A DNA stretch of 64,000 nt from Candidatus Zhuqueibacterota bacterium. Its GTDB lineage: Bacteria > Electryoneota > RPQS01. Positions within the stretch are counted from its first letter, which is position 1. Every line of letters begins with the position of its first letter. Location: assembly GCA_016214895.1 (NCBI GenBank), contig JACRMR010000013.1, forward strand, positions 2,971 to 66,970, given 5' to 3'. Below are positions 27,836 to 36,989 of this stretch, in pieces. The notes beneath the pieces were generated by a model. It saw nothing but the letters and a program-made list of their open reading frames with translations. It was not told the origin of the DNA and did not search any database. The translations under genes and the position numbers were made by a program.

Positions 27836-28587
27836 TCATTGTCAAATCGGCCCCCGAGCTCGACCTGATGCGCCAGGCGGGTCGGATCCTCGCCGGTGCG
27901 TTTGAGGTCGCGGCACCGCTGATGGTCCCCGGCACTCCGGCGATTGACGTGGATCGAGTCGTCGATGACTTCATCCGGTCGTGCGGCGCAATTCCCGCTT
28001 TCAAGAATTACCCGAATGCCGAAGGGGTTCCGTTCCCGGCTTCGGTGTGCCTGTCGATCGAGGCGGAAGTCGTGCACGGCATCCCGAACGGCCAACCCCT
28101 GAAAGCGGGGACGATTGCGGGGTTGGATATCGGCGTGATGTTTAACGGATACTACGCCGATGCCGCTCGGACCTATGCCATTGGTGACGTTGACGCGGAA
28201 CGCCGGCGGCTGATGGATGTTACGCGACAGGCTCTGGAATTGGGGATTGAACAGGCGCGCGAAGGCGGCCACCTCTCGAATATCGGGCATGCGGTGCAGT
28301 CCTACGTCGAGGCGCAAGGTTTCAGCGTCGTTCGCGATCTTGTCGGACATGGAATCGGCAAGAGCCTGCATGAAGACCCGCAAGTGCCGAACTACGGCCC
28401 GCCGAAGCGCGGTCCGGTGCTGCGTCGAAACATGACGATTGCCATCGAGCCGATGATCAACATGGGCACGTACGAGGTCGAGATGATCGGCGATTGGCAG
28501 ATCGTCACGCGCGACCGCAAACCTTCCGCGCACTTCGAACACACCGTGGTGATTCGCGACGGGGCTGCTGAAATACTTACGCTCTGA
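27832..28587 (+). CDS. map: Methionine aminopeptidase type I
   Basis: VVHGIP, DIG...GYYAD, GHGIG..LHEDP, IEPM, SAHFEHT; ATG overlaps the adk stop. Confidence 0.96.
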   Translation: MIIVKSAPELDLMRQAGRILAGAFEVAAPLMVPGTPAIDVDRVVDDFIRSCGAIPAFKNYPNAEGVPFPASVCLSIEAEVVHGIPNGQPLKAGTIAGLDIGVMFNGYYADAARTYAIGDVDAERRRLMDVTRQALELGIEQAREGGHLSNIGHAVQSYVEAQGFSVVRDLVGHGIGKSLHEDPQVPNYGPPKRGPVLRRNMTIAIEPMINMGTYEVEMIGDWQIVTRDRKPSAHFEHTVVIRDGAAEILTL

Positions 28588-28679
28588 GCCTGTGCAGCTG
28601 CGGCGGCCGCCCGCCGGGCGCACCGGGGTGCGGATAGACGGTGGACGATGTTCGTCCACCGTGATGAACCAAGCGGAGG

Positions 28680-28904
28680 GTGCATACGTCCAAAGAACTG
28701 GCTATTAAGGTTGACGGCGTCATCGAGGAGTGTCTGCCCAATGCGACCTTCCGCGTCGTGCTCGAAAACGGCCACAAAGTACTGGCCCATATTTCCGGCA
28801 AGATGCGCATGCATTTCATCAAGATTCTCCCCGGCGATCGCGTGACTGTCGAGCTGTCGCCTTATGATCTCAATCGCGGACGAATCACCTACCGTTACAA
28901 GTAA
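28680..28904 (+). CDS. infA: Translation initiation factor IF-1
   Basis: [44 protein letters not shown]; the true start may be ACG 28686 (see findings). Confidence 0.97.
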   Translation: MHTSKELAIKVDGVIEECLPNATFRVVLENGHKVLAHISGKMRMHFIKILPGDRVTVELSPYDLNRGRITYRYK

Positions 28905-28949
28905 GCATGCCGGATCCTTGCCGGATGCGCCGATCGAACCAGACCGACC

Positions 28950-29066
28950 ATGAAAGTCCGTACCTCCGTCAAGAAAATGTGTGAACATTGCCGCATCGTG
29001 CGCCGACACGGTCGGATCTATGTCATCTGCCCGCGCGTCAAGAAGCACAAACAACGCCAGGGCTGA
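28950..29066 (+). CDS. rpmJ: 50S ribosomal protein bL36 (Zn-ribbon form)
   Basis: Not in the ORF track; translated by hand as [38 protein letters not shown]. Confidence 0.96.
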   Translation: MKVRTSVKKMCEHCRIVRRHGRIYVICPRVKKHKQRQG

Positions 29067-29118
29067 CCCCACCCTTCAGAATTTGCTCCGCCTGATTCCC
29101 TTGAATTCATAGCAGACC

Positions 29119-29487
29119 ATGGCCCGAATTGCCGGAATTGATATCCCGCGAGATAAGCGCATCGAAGTTGCACTGACCTATGTCTACGGCATCGGCAGGC
29201 CTTCGGCTCAGAAAATCCTCACCCAAGCCGGTGTCGATTGGAACAAGCGCACCCATCAGCTCAACGACCAGGAACTCAACGCGATTCGCGCCTTGGTCGC
29301 CGAGCTCAAAGTGGAGGGGCCGTTGCGCTCGGAAATCCAATTGAACATCAAGCGCCTGATGGACATTGGGTGCTATCGCGGCATGCGCCACCGGCGCGGT
29401 CTGCCCGTGCGCGGTCAGAATACCAAGAATAACGCGCGCACCCGCAAAGGCAAGAAAAAAGGCACGCTCGTCAAGAAGAAGGGCTGA
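29119..29487 (+). CDS. rpsM: 30S ribosomal protein uS13
   Basis: [42 protein letters not shown]. Confidence 0.98.
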   Translation: MARIAGIDIPRDKRIEVALTYVYGIGRPSAQKILTQAGVDWNKRTHQLNDQELNAIRALVAELKVEGPLRSEIQLNIKRLMDIGCYRGMRHRRGLPVRGQNTKNNARTRKGKKKGTLVKKKG

Positions 29488-29567
29488 TCGGCACCGGCTC
29501 GCGCCGGCGTACGGCCCGTTGAATCTCCCGCTCCAGGCGGGGGTGAATACCCGGAGAACTACCAGCA

Positions 29568-29951
29568 GTGGCGAAAAAGGAAGTTAAGAAAAAGAAAGAA
29601 CGCGTCGAAGCGTCCGGCGTCGCGCACATCAAGTCGTCGTTCAACAACACGATTGTGACGATTACCGACAACTACGGCAACACGATTTCGTGGGCGTCGG
29701 CCGGCAAAATGGGCTTGCGCGGCTCGCGCAAGAACACGCCATTTGCCGCGCAGCTGGCCGCCGACAATGCCGCCAAAGCCGCGATGACGCTGGGACTGCG
29801 CAAGGTGACCGTGGAAGTTCGCGGACCGGGCGGAGGTCGCGACGGCGCGATCCGCGCACTGGCGGCCTCCGGTCTGCAGATCTCCGCGATTCGCGACGTG
29901 ACGCCGCTGCCGCACAATGGCTGCCGCCCGCCGAAACGGCGCCGGGTCTGA
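29568..29951 (+). CDS. rpsK: 30S ribosomal protein uS11
   Basis: [35 protein letters not shown]. Confidence 0.98.
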   Translation: MAKKEVKKKKERVEASGVAHIKSSFNNTIVTITDNYGNTISWASAGKMGLRGSRKNTPFAAQLAADNAAKAAMTLGLRKVTVEVRGPGGGRDGAIRALAASGLQISAIRDVTPLPHNGCRPPKRRRV

Positions 29952-30025
29952 TTCCGCTTGTTGGCCGCTCGGGTTGCGAGCAATCGCGGTTCGGTCTAAG
30001 TTTGTTTTCTGAATCATAAAGGTCC

Positions 30026-30655
30026 ATGGCTCTTAATCACAATCCTGTCTGTCGAATCTGTCGCCGCGAAGGAAGAAAGCTCTTCCTGAAGGGAGACCGT
30101 TGCTCCGGTCCGAAATGCACCTTTGAGAAGAAGGGGTATGGCCCGGGACAGCACGGTCGTTCCCGGCGCGGCAAGGTCTCCGAGTACGGAGTACAGCTTC
30201 GCGAGAAGCAGAAGATTCGCGAGTCCTACGGGCTGCTGGAACGCCAGTTCCATCGCTTCTTCCGGGAAGCGCAGCGCCAAAAGGGCGTGACCGGCGAAAA
30301 CCTGATGGCGATGCTCGAGAGCCGTCTCGACAATGTCGTCTATCGGATCGGCTTCGCCAGTTCACGTCGCCAGGCCCGGCAGCTGGTCCGTCATCGCCAT
30401 TTCATGGTGAACGGGCGCATCGTGGACATCCCGTCCTACGTCCTTCAGCCCAGCGATCACGTTCGCGTCCGCGAACGGTCGAAGAAGCTGAATGTGATTC
30501 ACGACGCGATGCAAAAGTCTCGCGACGGCAAGCTCATGCCGAACTTGCAGCTCGATAAGGCGAAAATGGAGGGAATCTACTCGGCGCGGCCCAACCGCAA
30601 TGAGATCCCGCTTGACGTCAACGAGCAGCTTGTTGTTGAGCTTTACTCCCGATAA
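30026..30655 (+). CDS. rpsD: 30S ribosomal protein uS4
   Basis: CRICRREG.KLFLKG.RC, PGQHG, QLREKQK, LESRLDNVVYR, VVELYSR. Confidence 0.98.
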   Translation: MALNHNPVCRICRREGRKLFLKGDRCSGPKCTFEKKGYGPGQHGRSRRGKVSEYGVQLREKQKIRESYGLLERQFHRFFREAQRQKGVTGENLMAMLESRLDNVVYRIGFASSRRQARQLVRHRHFMVNGRIVDIPSYVLQPSDHVRVRERSKKLNVIHDAMQKSRDGKLMPNLQLDKAKMEGIYSARPNRNEIPLDVNEQLVVELYSR

Positions 30656-30677
30656 TCTCACTTCCGCGAGGAGATCC

Positions 30678-31670
30678 ATGAACGGTTCGAATTTCCAGAT
30701 GCCCGAAGCGGTAGAGATCGATGAATCTACGCATACGGATACGTATGGTAAGTTTGTCATCCAGCCGCTCGAACGCGGCTATGGAGTGACCATTGGAAAC
30801 AGCTTGCGGCGCGTCCTGATCTCCTCGCTGCAGGGCGCCGCGATCGCCTCGATCAAGATCGACGGCGTGCTGCACGAATTCTCGACCATCCCCGGGGTCT
30901 CGGAAGACCTCACCGAAATGGTCTTGAACCTGAAGCAGGTGCGGTTCAAATTACTGAATAAGAAGCCGGACAAGATCGTCCTGCATCTGAAGGGACCCAA
31001 GGAATTCACGGCGCGGGACATTCAGGTCGGCAACAACGAGTTCGAAGTTCTGAATCCCGACCACCACATCGCATCGCTGAACCGCGACGCTGAAGTGAAA
31101 ATGGAGATTCAGGTCCGCAAGGGGCGTGGCTATGTACCGGCGGAGGAAAACCGCCCGGCCGACGCGCCGATCGGCACGATCCCGGTGGACAGCGTGTTCT
31201 CGCCGATCCGCAATGTTACCTACACCATCGAAAATACGCGCGTCGGTCAGCGTACCGACTATGAGAAGCTGATTCTCGAAATCTGGACCGACGGTTCGAT
31301 TACCCCGGATGACGCCCTGACCTTCGCCGCGCGCACGTTGCGCGATCATATCCAGCTCTTTATTAACTTCGATATCAAGCCGGAGAAGGAAGAGGAAGAG
31401 GATATCGACGAAGAGACGCTGCAAATCCGCAAACTCTTGCGGAAGCCGGTGGAGGAGCTGGAATTATCCGTGCGCAGCGCGAACTGCCTCAAGGAAGCGC
31501 GGATTCGCACGATCGCCGACCTGGTCCGGCGCGAAGAGCCGGAAATGCTCAAATTCAAGAACTTCGGCCGCAAGTCGCTCGTCGAGTTGACCGAAATCCT
31601 CAAGGGTAAGGGGCTGCATTTCGGCATGGATGTCGATCGCTACCTCAGCACCGATTACGACAAGAAGTAA
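30678..31670 (+). CDS. rpoA: DNA-directed RNA polymerase subunit alpha
   Basis: PLERGYGVTIGNSLRRVL, HEFSTIPGV.ED, LSVRSANCL, NFGRKSL; ATG 30678 after GAGGAG. Confidence 0.98.
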   Translation: MNGSNFQMPEAVEIDESTHTDTYGKFVIQPLERGYGVTIGNSLRRVLISSLQGAAIASIKIDGVLHEFSTIPGVSEDLTEMVLNLKQVRFKLLNKKPDKIVLHLKGPKEFTARDIQVGNNEFEVLNPDHHIASLNRDAEVKMEIQVRKGRGYVPAEENRPADAPIGTIPVDSVFSPIRNVTYTIENTRVGQRTDYEKLILEIWTDGSITPDDALTFAARTLRDHIQLFINFDIKPEKEEEEDIDEETLQIRKLLRKPVEELELSVRSANCLKEARIRTIADLVRREEPEMLKFKNFGRKSLVELTEILKGKGLHFGMDVDRYLSTDYDKK

Positions 31671-31687
31671 ATTCCGACTGAATTCCC

Positions 31688-32260
31688 ATGAGACATCAAG
31701 ATAGAGGCCGCAGCCTCAGCCGCTCCCCCGCGCATCGTAAGGCGCTGCTCTGCAATCTGGCGCAGGAGCTGTTCCAGCATAAGCGGATTCATACCACGCT
31801 GACCAAGGCCAAAGAGTTGCGCCCATTTGCCGAGCGCTTGGTGACGCATGCGAAAAAGGCCGATCTGGCCGCTCGCCGCCGCGTCGCTATGTACCTCACG
31901 CGCAAGGCCGTGATCAAGAGCCTGTTCGATGAAATTGCACTGACATTCGCCGATCGTAATGGCGGCTACACGCGGATCATCAAACTTGGCAATCGACATG
32001 GCGACAACGCCCCGACGGCGATCATTGAACTGGTCGGGTTTGAGGGAGTCTTAGCCGCAAAGTCAACCGCTAGCGAATCCGACGCCGCGAAGGGCGCAAA
32101 GAAGACCGCTGCGAAGGCCAAGACAGGCAAGGCCAGGCAAGGAGCCGGAGATGCCAAGGCGGCGAAAGCCGTGAAGGGCGCCAAGGGCGGGGCCGCTCAC
32201 ACGCGTCGCGCGACAAAGGCTCCAGCCAAGAGTGGCAAGGCCGGCGGCAGGGGCGAATAG
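31688..32260 (+). CDS. rplQ: 50S ribosomal protein bL17 with Lys/Ala/Gly-rich C-terminal extension
   Basis: MRH....LSR...[29 protein letters not shown]. Confidence 0.97.
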   Translation: MRHQDRGRSLSRSPAHRKALLCNLAQELFQHKRIHTTLTKAKELRPFAERLVTHAKKADLAARRRVAMYLTRKAVIKSLFDEIALTFADRNGGYTRIIKLGNRHGDNAPTAIIELVGFEGVLAAKSTASESDAAKGAKKTAAKAKTGKARQGAGDAKAAKAVKGAKGGAAHTRRATKAPAKSGKAGGRGE

Positions 32261-32289
32261 AATCCGCGTCTGTATCTGACTGTTATTAC

Positions 32290-32322
32290 AAGGGCCATGT
32301 CGTGCGACATGGCCTTTTTGTT
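32290..32322 (+). terminator. Rho-independent terminator of the alpha operon
   Basis: GGCCATGTC-gtgc-GACATGGCC followed by TTTTTGTT. Confidence 0.85.
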
Positions 32323-32333
32323 GCGCCGCGGAA

Positions 32334-32362
32334 TTGATTTTCCCTGACGAAGTGGGTATATT
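32334..32362 (+). promoter_or_regulatory. Putative sigma70 promoter for the hutU gene run
   Basis: TTGATT-N17-TATATT immediately after the rplQ terminator. Confidence 0.55.
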
Positions 32363-32464
32363 GAGATTGGGGGAAAGTGGGGGCTCGCCACCATCCGTGC
32401 ATTCAATGATAATACCTCTCCATCGTAGCGATTGCGGGGAATGCCCGAAGAATCGGATCCGATC

Positions 32465-34117
32465 ATGATTGAAATCCCGAAGACACCAACTGGGCCACAG
32501 ATCTCCTGTAAGGGCTGGGCTCAGGAAGCAGCCTTGCGAATGCTGCTCAATAACCTTGATCCTGCCGTGGCCGAGGACCGGGAGAGCCTCGTCGTCTATG
32601 GCGGTACCGGGAAAGCCGCTCGTTCGCGTGAAGCCCTCGCGGCGATCCTGAACTGCTTACTCAAACTGGAAAACGATCAGACTTTGCTTGTGCAATCGGG
32701 GAAGCCGGTGGGCGTGGTCCGCACGCATCCCGAAGCGCCGAGAGTTCTGATTGCTAACTCCAATCTCGTGGGGCAGTGGGCGACGTGGGACTATTTCCAC
32801 GAGCTGGAGGCAAAAGGGCTGATCATGTACGGCCAAATGACCGCCGGTTCGTGGATCTATATCGGCACCCAGGGCATCCTGCAAGGAACGTACGAGACCT
32901 TCGCGGCCGCAGCGCGCAAGCATTTCGGCGGGACGTTGGCTGGGACCTGGACGCTCACGGGCGGACTCGGGGGGATGGGAGGTGCACAGCCCCTCGCGGT
33001 CACGCTGAACGGCGGTGTGGCCTTGTGCGTTGAGGTCGATCAACAGCGCATCGAACGCCGCGTCGAAATCGGCTACTGCGATCGCTGGACGGCGACGCTT
33101 GATGAAGCGATGGAATGGGTGCACACTGCCGTCCGTGAACGGCGCGCGCTGTCCGTTGGCCTGCTCGGTAACTGCGCCGATGTGTTGCCGGAACTCCTCA
33201 AGCGAAACGAGCTTCCGCAGCTGGTGACCGACCAGACTTCGGCGCATGACGAGTTGAATGGGTATATTCCGAACGGCATTTCGTATCAGCTTGCACTGGG
33301 ATTGCGCAAGAGCGATCCGCGGGATTACATCCGCCGGAGCATGAAGTCGATGGCTGAACACTGCGAGGCGATTGTCGCGATGCAGCGGCGCGGCGCGGTG
33401 GCTTTCGACTACGGCAATAACCTGCGCGGCAAGGCGTTGCAAGCCGGATATGCCGACGCCTTCGCCTATCCCGGTTTCGTTCCGGCCTACATTCGACCGC
33501 TGTTCTGCGAGGGCAAGGGGCCGTTCCGCTGGGCGGCACTTTCGGGAGATGCCGCCGACATCCGTACCACTGACGAAGCAGCGCTGCGCCTGTTTCCAGA
33601 TGACGCGGGCCTCACCCGGTGGATCCGTGAAGCGGCACCCCGGATTCCCGTTCAGGGACTCCCGGCGCGAATTTGCTGGCTCGGGCAGGGTGCGCGCGCG
33701 AAAATGGGGCTCGCGATCAATGAGCTGGTGCGCACAGGCAAGTTGAAAGCGCCGATCGTGATCGGTCGCGATCATCTCGATTGCGGCTCGGTGGCTTCGC
33801 CGTATCGCGAAACCGAAGCGATGAAAGACGGTTCCGATGCCATCGCTGACTGGCCGATTCTGAATGCGCTGGTCAGTACGGCCAGCGGAGCGTCGTGGGT
33901 GAGCTTTCATCACGGCGGAGGTGTTGGCATCGGCGCATCGCTGCACGCGGGTCAGGTGATCGTAGCCGACGGCACGGATGCGGCCGCGGCCCGGCTGGAA
34001 CGCGTGCTGACCAACGATCCCGCGATGGGCGTCTTCCGGCATCACGACGCGGGCTATGCCGGGGCGACGGCAACCGCAAAAACTCAGAATGTGTTAATCC
34101 CCGGACTGAATTTCTAA
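32465..34117 (+). CDS. hutU: Urocanate hydratase
   Basis: [77 protein letters not shown]; alternative start 32441. Confidence 0.97.
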   Translation: MIEIPKTPTGPQISCKGWAQEAALRMLLNNLDPAVAEDRESLVVYGGTGKAARSREALAAILNCLLKLENDQTLLVQSGKPVGVVRTHPEAPRVLIANSNLVGQWATWDYFHELEAKGLIMYGQMTAGSWIYIGTQGILQGTYETFAAAARKHFGGTLAGTWTLTGGLGGMGGAQPLAVTLNGGVALCVEVDQQRIERRVEIGYCDRWTATLDEAMEWVHTAVRERRALSVGLLGNCADVLPELLKRNELPQLVTDQTSAHDELNGYIPNGISYQLALGLRKSDPRDYIRRSMKSMAEHCEAIVAMQRRGAVAFDYGNNLRGKALQAGYADAFAYPGFVPAYIRPLFCEGKGPFRWAALSGDAADIRTTDEAALRLFPDDAGLTRWIREAAPRIPVQGLPARICWLGQGARAKMGLAINELVRTGKLKAPIVIGRDHLDCGSVASPYRETEAMKDGSDAIADWPILNALVSTASGASWVSFHHGGGVGIGASLHAGQVIVADGTDAAAARLERVLTNDPAMGVFRHHDAGYAGATATAKTQNVLIPGLNF

Positions 34118-34906
34118 ATGACCATGTCATACGAAAATCTGATTCTGCAAATCGACGGCGCGGTCGCGACCGTGACCGTGAATCGACCGAAAACGCTGAA
34201 CGCGCTCAATATTGCGACCGTGCGCGAACTGCATGACTGCTTTCAATCACTGGGCGACAACGACGCTGTCGGTGCCATCATTATGACCGGGGCCGGTGAG
34301 AAATCGTTCGTATCCGGCGCTGATATTCAGGAAATCCGTGAACTTGATGTGATTTCCGGTAAGGAGTTTGCTGATCGTGGCAACAAGCTATACTCCCGGA
34401 TTGAGAAATTCCAAATCCCTGTAATTGCTGCTGTTAACGGTTATGCGCTCGGTGGAGGCTGTGAATTAGCGATGGCCTGTCATTTGCGCGTCGCTGCGGA
34501 GAACGCCAAGTTCGGACAACCGGAGATCAACTTGGGGATTATTCCGGGTTACGGCGGCACTCAGCGTCTCCCGCGGTTGATTGGCCGGGGGAAGGCTCTT
34601 GAACTGCTCTTGACCGGCCGCGTCATCCCCGCGTCTGAGGCCTTGAACATTGGCCTCGTGAATTCGGTCGTCCCGCAGGCAGACTTGATGACCGTCGTAC
34701 GCAAGCTGGCGGAGGAGCTCGCGGCGAAGCCACGACGCGCGGCGGCAGCGATCTTGAACGCCGTCGAGAATGGACTGCAGTTGGGACTGGACATGGGGTT
34801 GCGCGTTGAGGAAAGCTGGTTCGCGTACTGCTGTGGGACCGAAGACAAGAATGAAGGTACCGCAGCATTCCTGGAGAAACGCAAAGCCGTATTCACGGGC
34901 AGGTGA
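34118..34906 (+). CDS. Enoyl-CoA hydratase (crotonase family)
   Basis: NRPK.LNAL, FVSGADI, AVNGYALGGGCELAMAC, FGQPEINLGIIPGYGGTQRLPRLIG (both catalytic Glu present). Confidence 0.93.
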   Translation: MTMSYENLILQIDGAVATVTVNRPKTLNALNIATVRELHDCFQSLGDNDAVGAIIMTGAGEKSFVSGADIQEIRELDVISGKEFADRGNKLYSRIEKFQIPVIAAVNGYALGGGCELAMACHLRVAAENAKFGQPEINLGIIPGYGGTQRLPRLIGRGKALELLLTGRVIPASEALNIGLVNSVVPQADLMTVVRKLAEELAAKPRRAAAAILNAVENGLQLGLDMGLRVEESWFAYCCGTEDKNEGTAAFLEKRKAVFTGR

Positions 34907-34912
34907 GCAGCC

Positions 34913-36172
34913 GTGCCCGACTTATTCGTACATAATATCGGCCTGCTGGCAACACCGCTCATGGCCGATCGTCAACGGACTGAGCGGTTCGTGCTGGAGC
35001 GGCGGAATGCCGCGATTCTCGTGCGCGAGGGGAGAATAGTCGAGATCGGCCCGGAGCGGGAGCTGGAGTCGCGCATGCCGGCGGACTGTCCGCGATTCAA
35101 CGCTGACGGATGCCTGGCCACACCCGGATTGATCGACTGCCACACCCACCCCGTGTTCACGGGCAATCGCGCCGACGAGTTCCACATGCGCAATGCGGGA
35201 CGGTCGTATCAGGAAATCGCCGTAGCCGGCGGCGGAATTCAGGCAACCGCGCGAAAAGTGCGCGCGGCTGCGGTGGACCAGATTGTGAAAGAATCGCTGC
35301 CGCGTTTCGATCGGTCGCTCGCCGCGGGCGTAACGACCATCGAAGCAAAATCCGGCTACGGACTGGACTGGGACGGCGAGGCGAAGCTGCTGCGCGCGCT
35401 CGAACTCATCAGTCTGCAGACTCCGCAGCGCATGCACAAGACGTTTCTGATTCATGCGGTTCCGGAAGCGATGGAGGGACAACGCGAGCGCTTTCTTGAT
35501 GAGGTTGCTGCCGAGATGATTCCGCGCGTGGCCGAGCTGAAGCTCGCTTCGGCGGCCGATGTCTTCTGCGAGCAGGGCGCATTCTCCGTCGATGAATCGC
35601 GCAGGATGCTGCGCGCCGCACTGGACCATGGACTTCAAGTTGCGGTGCACGCCAACCAATTCGGACACTCGGGCGGCGCGCTGCTGGCCGCGGAGCTCGG
35701 AGCCAGAAGTGCGGACCACTTGGAGTACCTGAACGACCAGGAAATCACGGCACTGGCGAAGGCCAACGTCTGCGCGGTCATGTTGCCCGCGAGTGTGTTC
35801 TTTCTGGGAACGCTGCCCTACCCGCCGGCGCGAAAGTTGATTGAGCAGGGTGCGCGGGTTGCGATTGCCACGGACATGAATCCAGGCTCGGCCATGACCG
35901 AATCGATGCCGTTCTGCATGACGGCCGCCGCGATCTATGCGAAAATGAACCCGGCGGAGTTGTTGTGGGCGGTCACCCTCGATGCGGCGGCGGCACTGCG
36001 CGCCGACAGCGACGTGGGGTCGCTGGAGGCCGGCAAGGCGGCGGACATCTGCCTCTGGCGGGCACCGGACCTGAATTCACTGTCCTATCATCTCGGCGAT
36101 TTCCGCGCATTCACCGTTATTATCGGCGGTGAACTGGCGTGGGAGGATCGCGATGCGACGGCAAGATATTAG
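34913..36172 (+). CDS. hutI: Imidazolonepropionase
   Basis: PGLIDCHTH, EF.MR..G.SY.EI...GGGI, EAKSGYGL, DVFCE.G.F, HANQ, SADHLE, ATDMNPG. Confidence 0.95.
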   Translation: MPDLFVHNIGLLATPLMADRQRTERFVLERRNAAILVREGRIVEIGPERELESRMPADCPRFNADGCLATPGLIDCHTHPVFTGNRADEFHMRNAGRSYQEIAVAGGGIQATARKVRAAAVDQIVKESLPRFDRSLAAGVTTIEAKSGYGLDWDGEAKLLRALELISLQTPQRMHKTFLIHAVPEAMEGQRERFLDEVAAEMIPRVAELKLASAADVFCEQGAFSVDESRRMLRAALDHGLQVAVHANQFGHSGGALLAAELGARSADHLEYLNDQEITALAKANVCAVMLPASVFFLGTLPYPPARKLIEQGARVAIATDMNPGSAMTESMPFCMTAAAIYAKMNPAELLWAVTLDAAAALRADSDVGSLEAGKAADICLWRAPDLNSLSYHLGDFRAFTVIIGGELAWEDRDATARY

Positions 36173-36989
36173 TGTCGGAACGTCGGGGTGGAAATTCGAC
36201 GATTGGGCCGGGACGTTTTATCCGCTGCGGGTCCCCCGGTCGAAGTGGCTCGAATTCTATGCCGCCCGGTTTCCCGTCGGCGAGATCAACAGCACGTACT
36301 ATCGCATCGCGGGACGCGCGACTTACGCGGGCATCGCGGGCAAGACGCCGGCGGGGTTTCGGCTCTTCGCGAAAGTGCATGGTGATGTGACGCACTCCCG
36401 AAGCGAGCCCGCGGAATCGATGCGCGCATTGCTGGGCGGACTCGCACCGCTCACGGAGCGCGGGAAATTGCTCGGATTGCTGGCGCAGTTTCCCGCTGCA
36501 TTCCAGCGATCAGATTCCAACATCGACTACTTGCTGCGCGTGCGCGACTTGTGCGCGAGTCGGTCACTGTACGTGGAGTTCAGACATCGCAGTTGGGATT
36601 GCGACGGCGTTCGAGCCACGCTGCGTGACGAGGGCGTGAGCTGGGTCAGCCCCGACGAGCCGCAATTGGAAAGCCTGATGCCTCCCGCATTGCATGTGAC
36701 GGGGGACTATGCGTACGTGCGGTTGCACGGTCGGAATGCGCGGGCATGGAACGACCGTACGGCGGGCGACCGGTATGATTACAACTACAGCGTTGACGAA
36801 TTGGTATCGGTTGGGCAGAAGTTGCTCGGCCTGCCGGACTCTGTCAAGCGGGCATTTGTCCTGTTTAACAATTGTTATCATGGTCAGGCGGCAACGAACG
36901 CGATTTGGTTGCAGCGATGGTTAGGCGACACGAACCACGAGGACGATTCGGCGAGCGAGAATGGACTCCATCTATTCACTGATTCATAG
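36153..36989 (+). CDS. DUF72 family protein (YecE-like)
   Basis: VGTSGW, EINSTYY, QFP..F, VEFRH.SW, YVRLHGRN, YDYNYS, FNN; ATG 36153 after GGAGG. Confidence 0.92.
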   Translation: MRRQDISVGTSGWKFDDWAGTFYPLRVPRSKWLEFYAARFPVGEINSTYYRIAGRATYAGIAGKTPAGFRLFAKVHGDVTHSRSEPAESMRALLGGLAPLTERGKLLGLLAQFPAAFQRSDSNIDYLLRVRDLCASRSLYVEFRHRSWDCDGVRATLRDEGVSWVSPDEPQLESLMPPALHVTGDYAYVRLHGRNARAWNDRTAGDRYDYNYSVDELVSVGQKLLGLPDSVKRAFVLFNNCYHGQAATNAIWLQRWLGDTNHEDDSASENGLHLFTDS

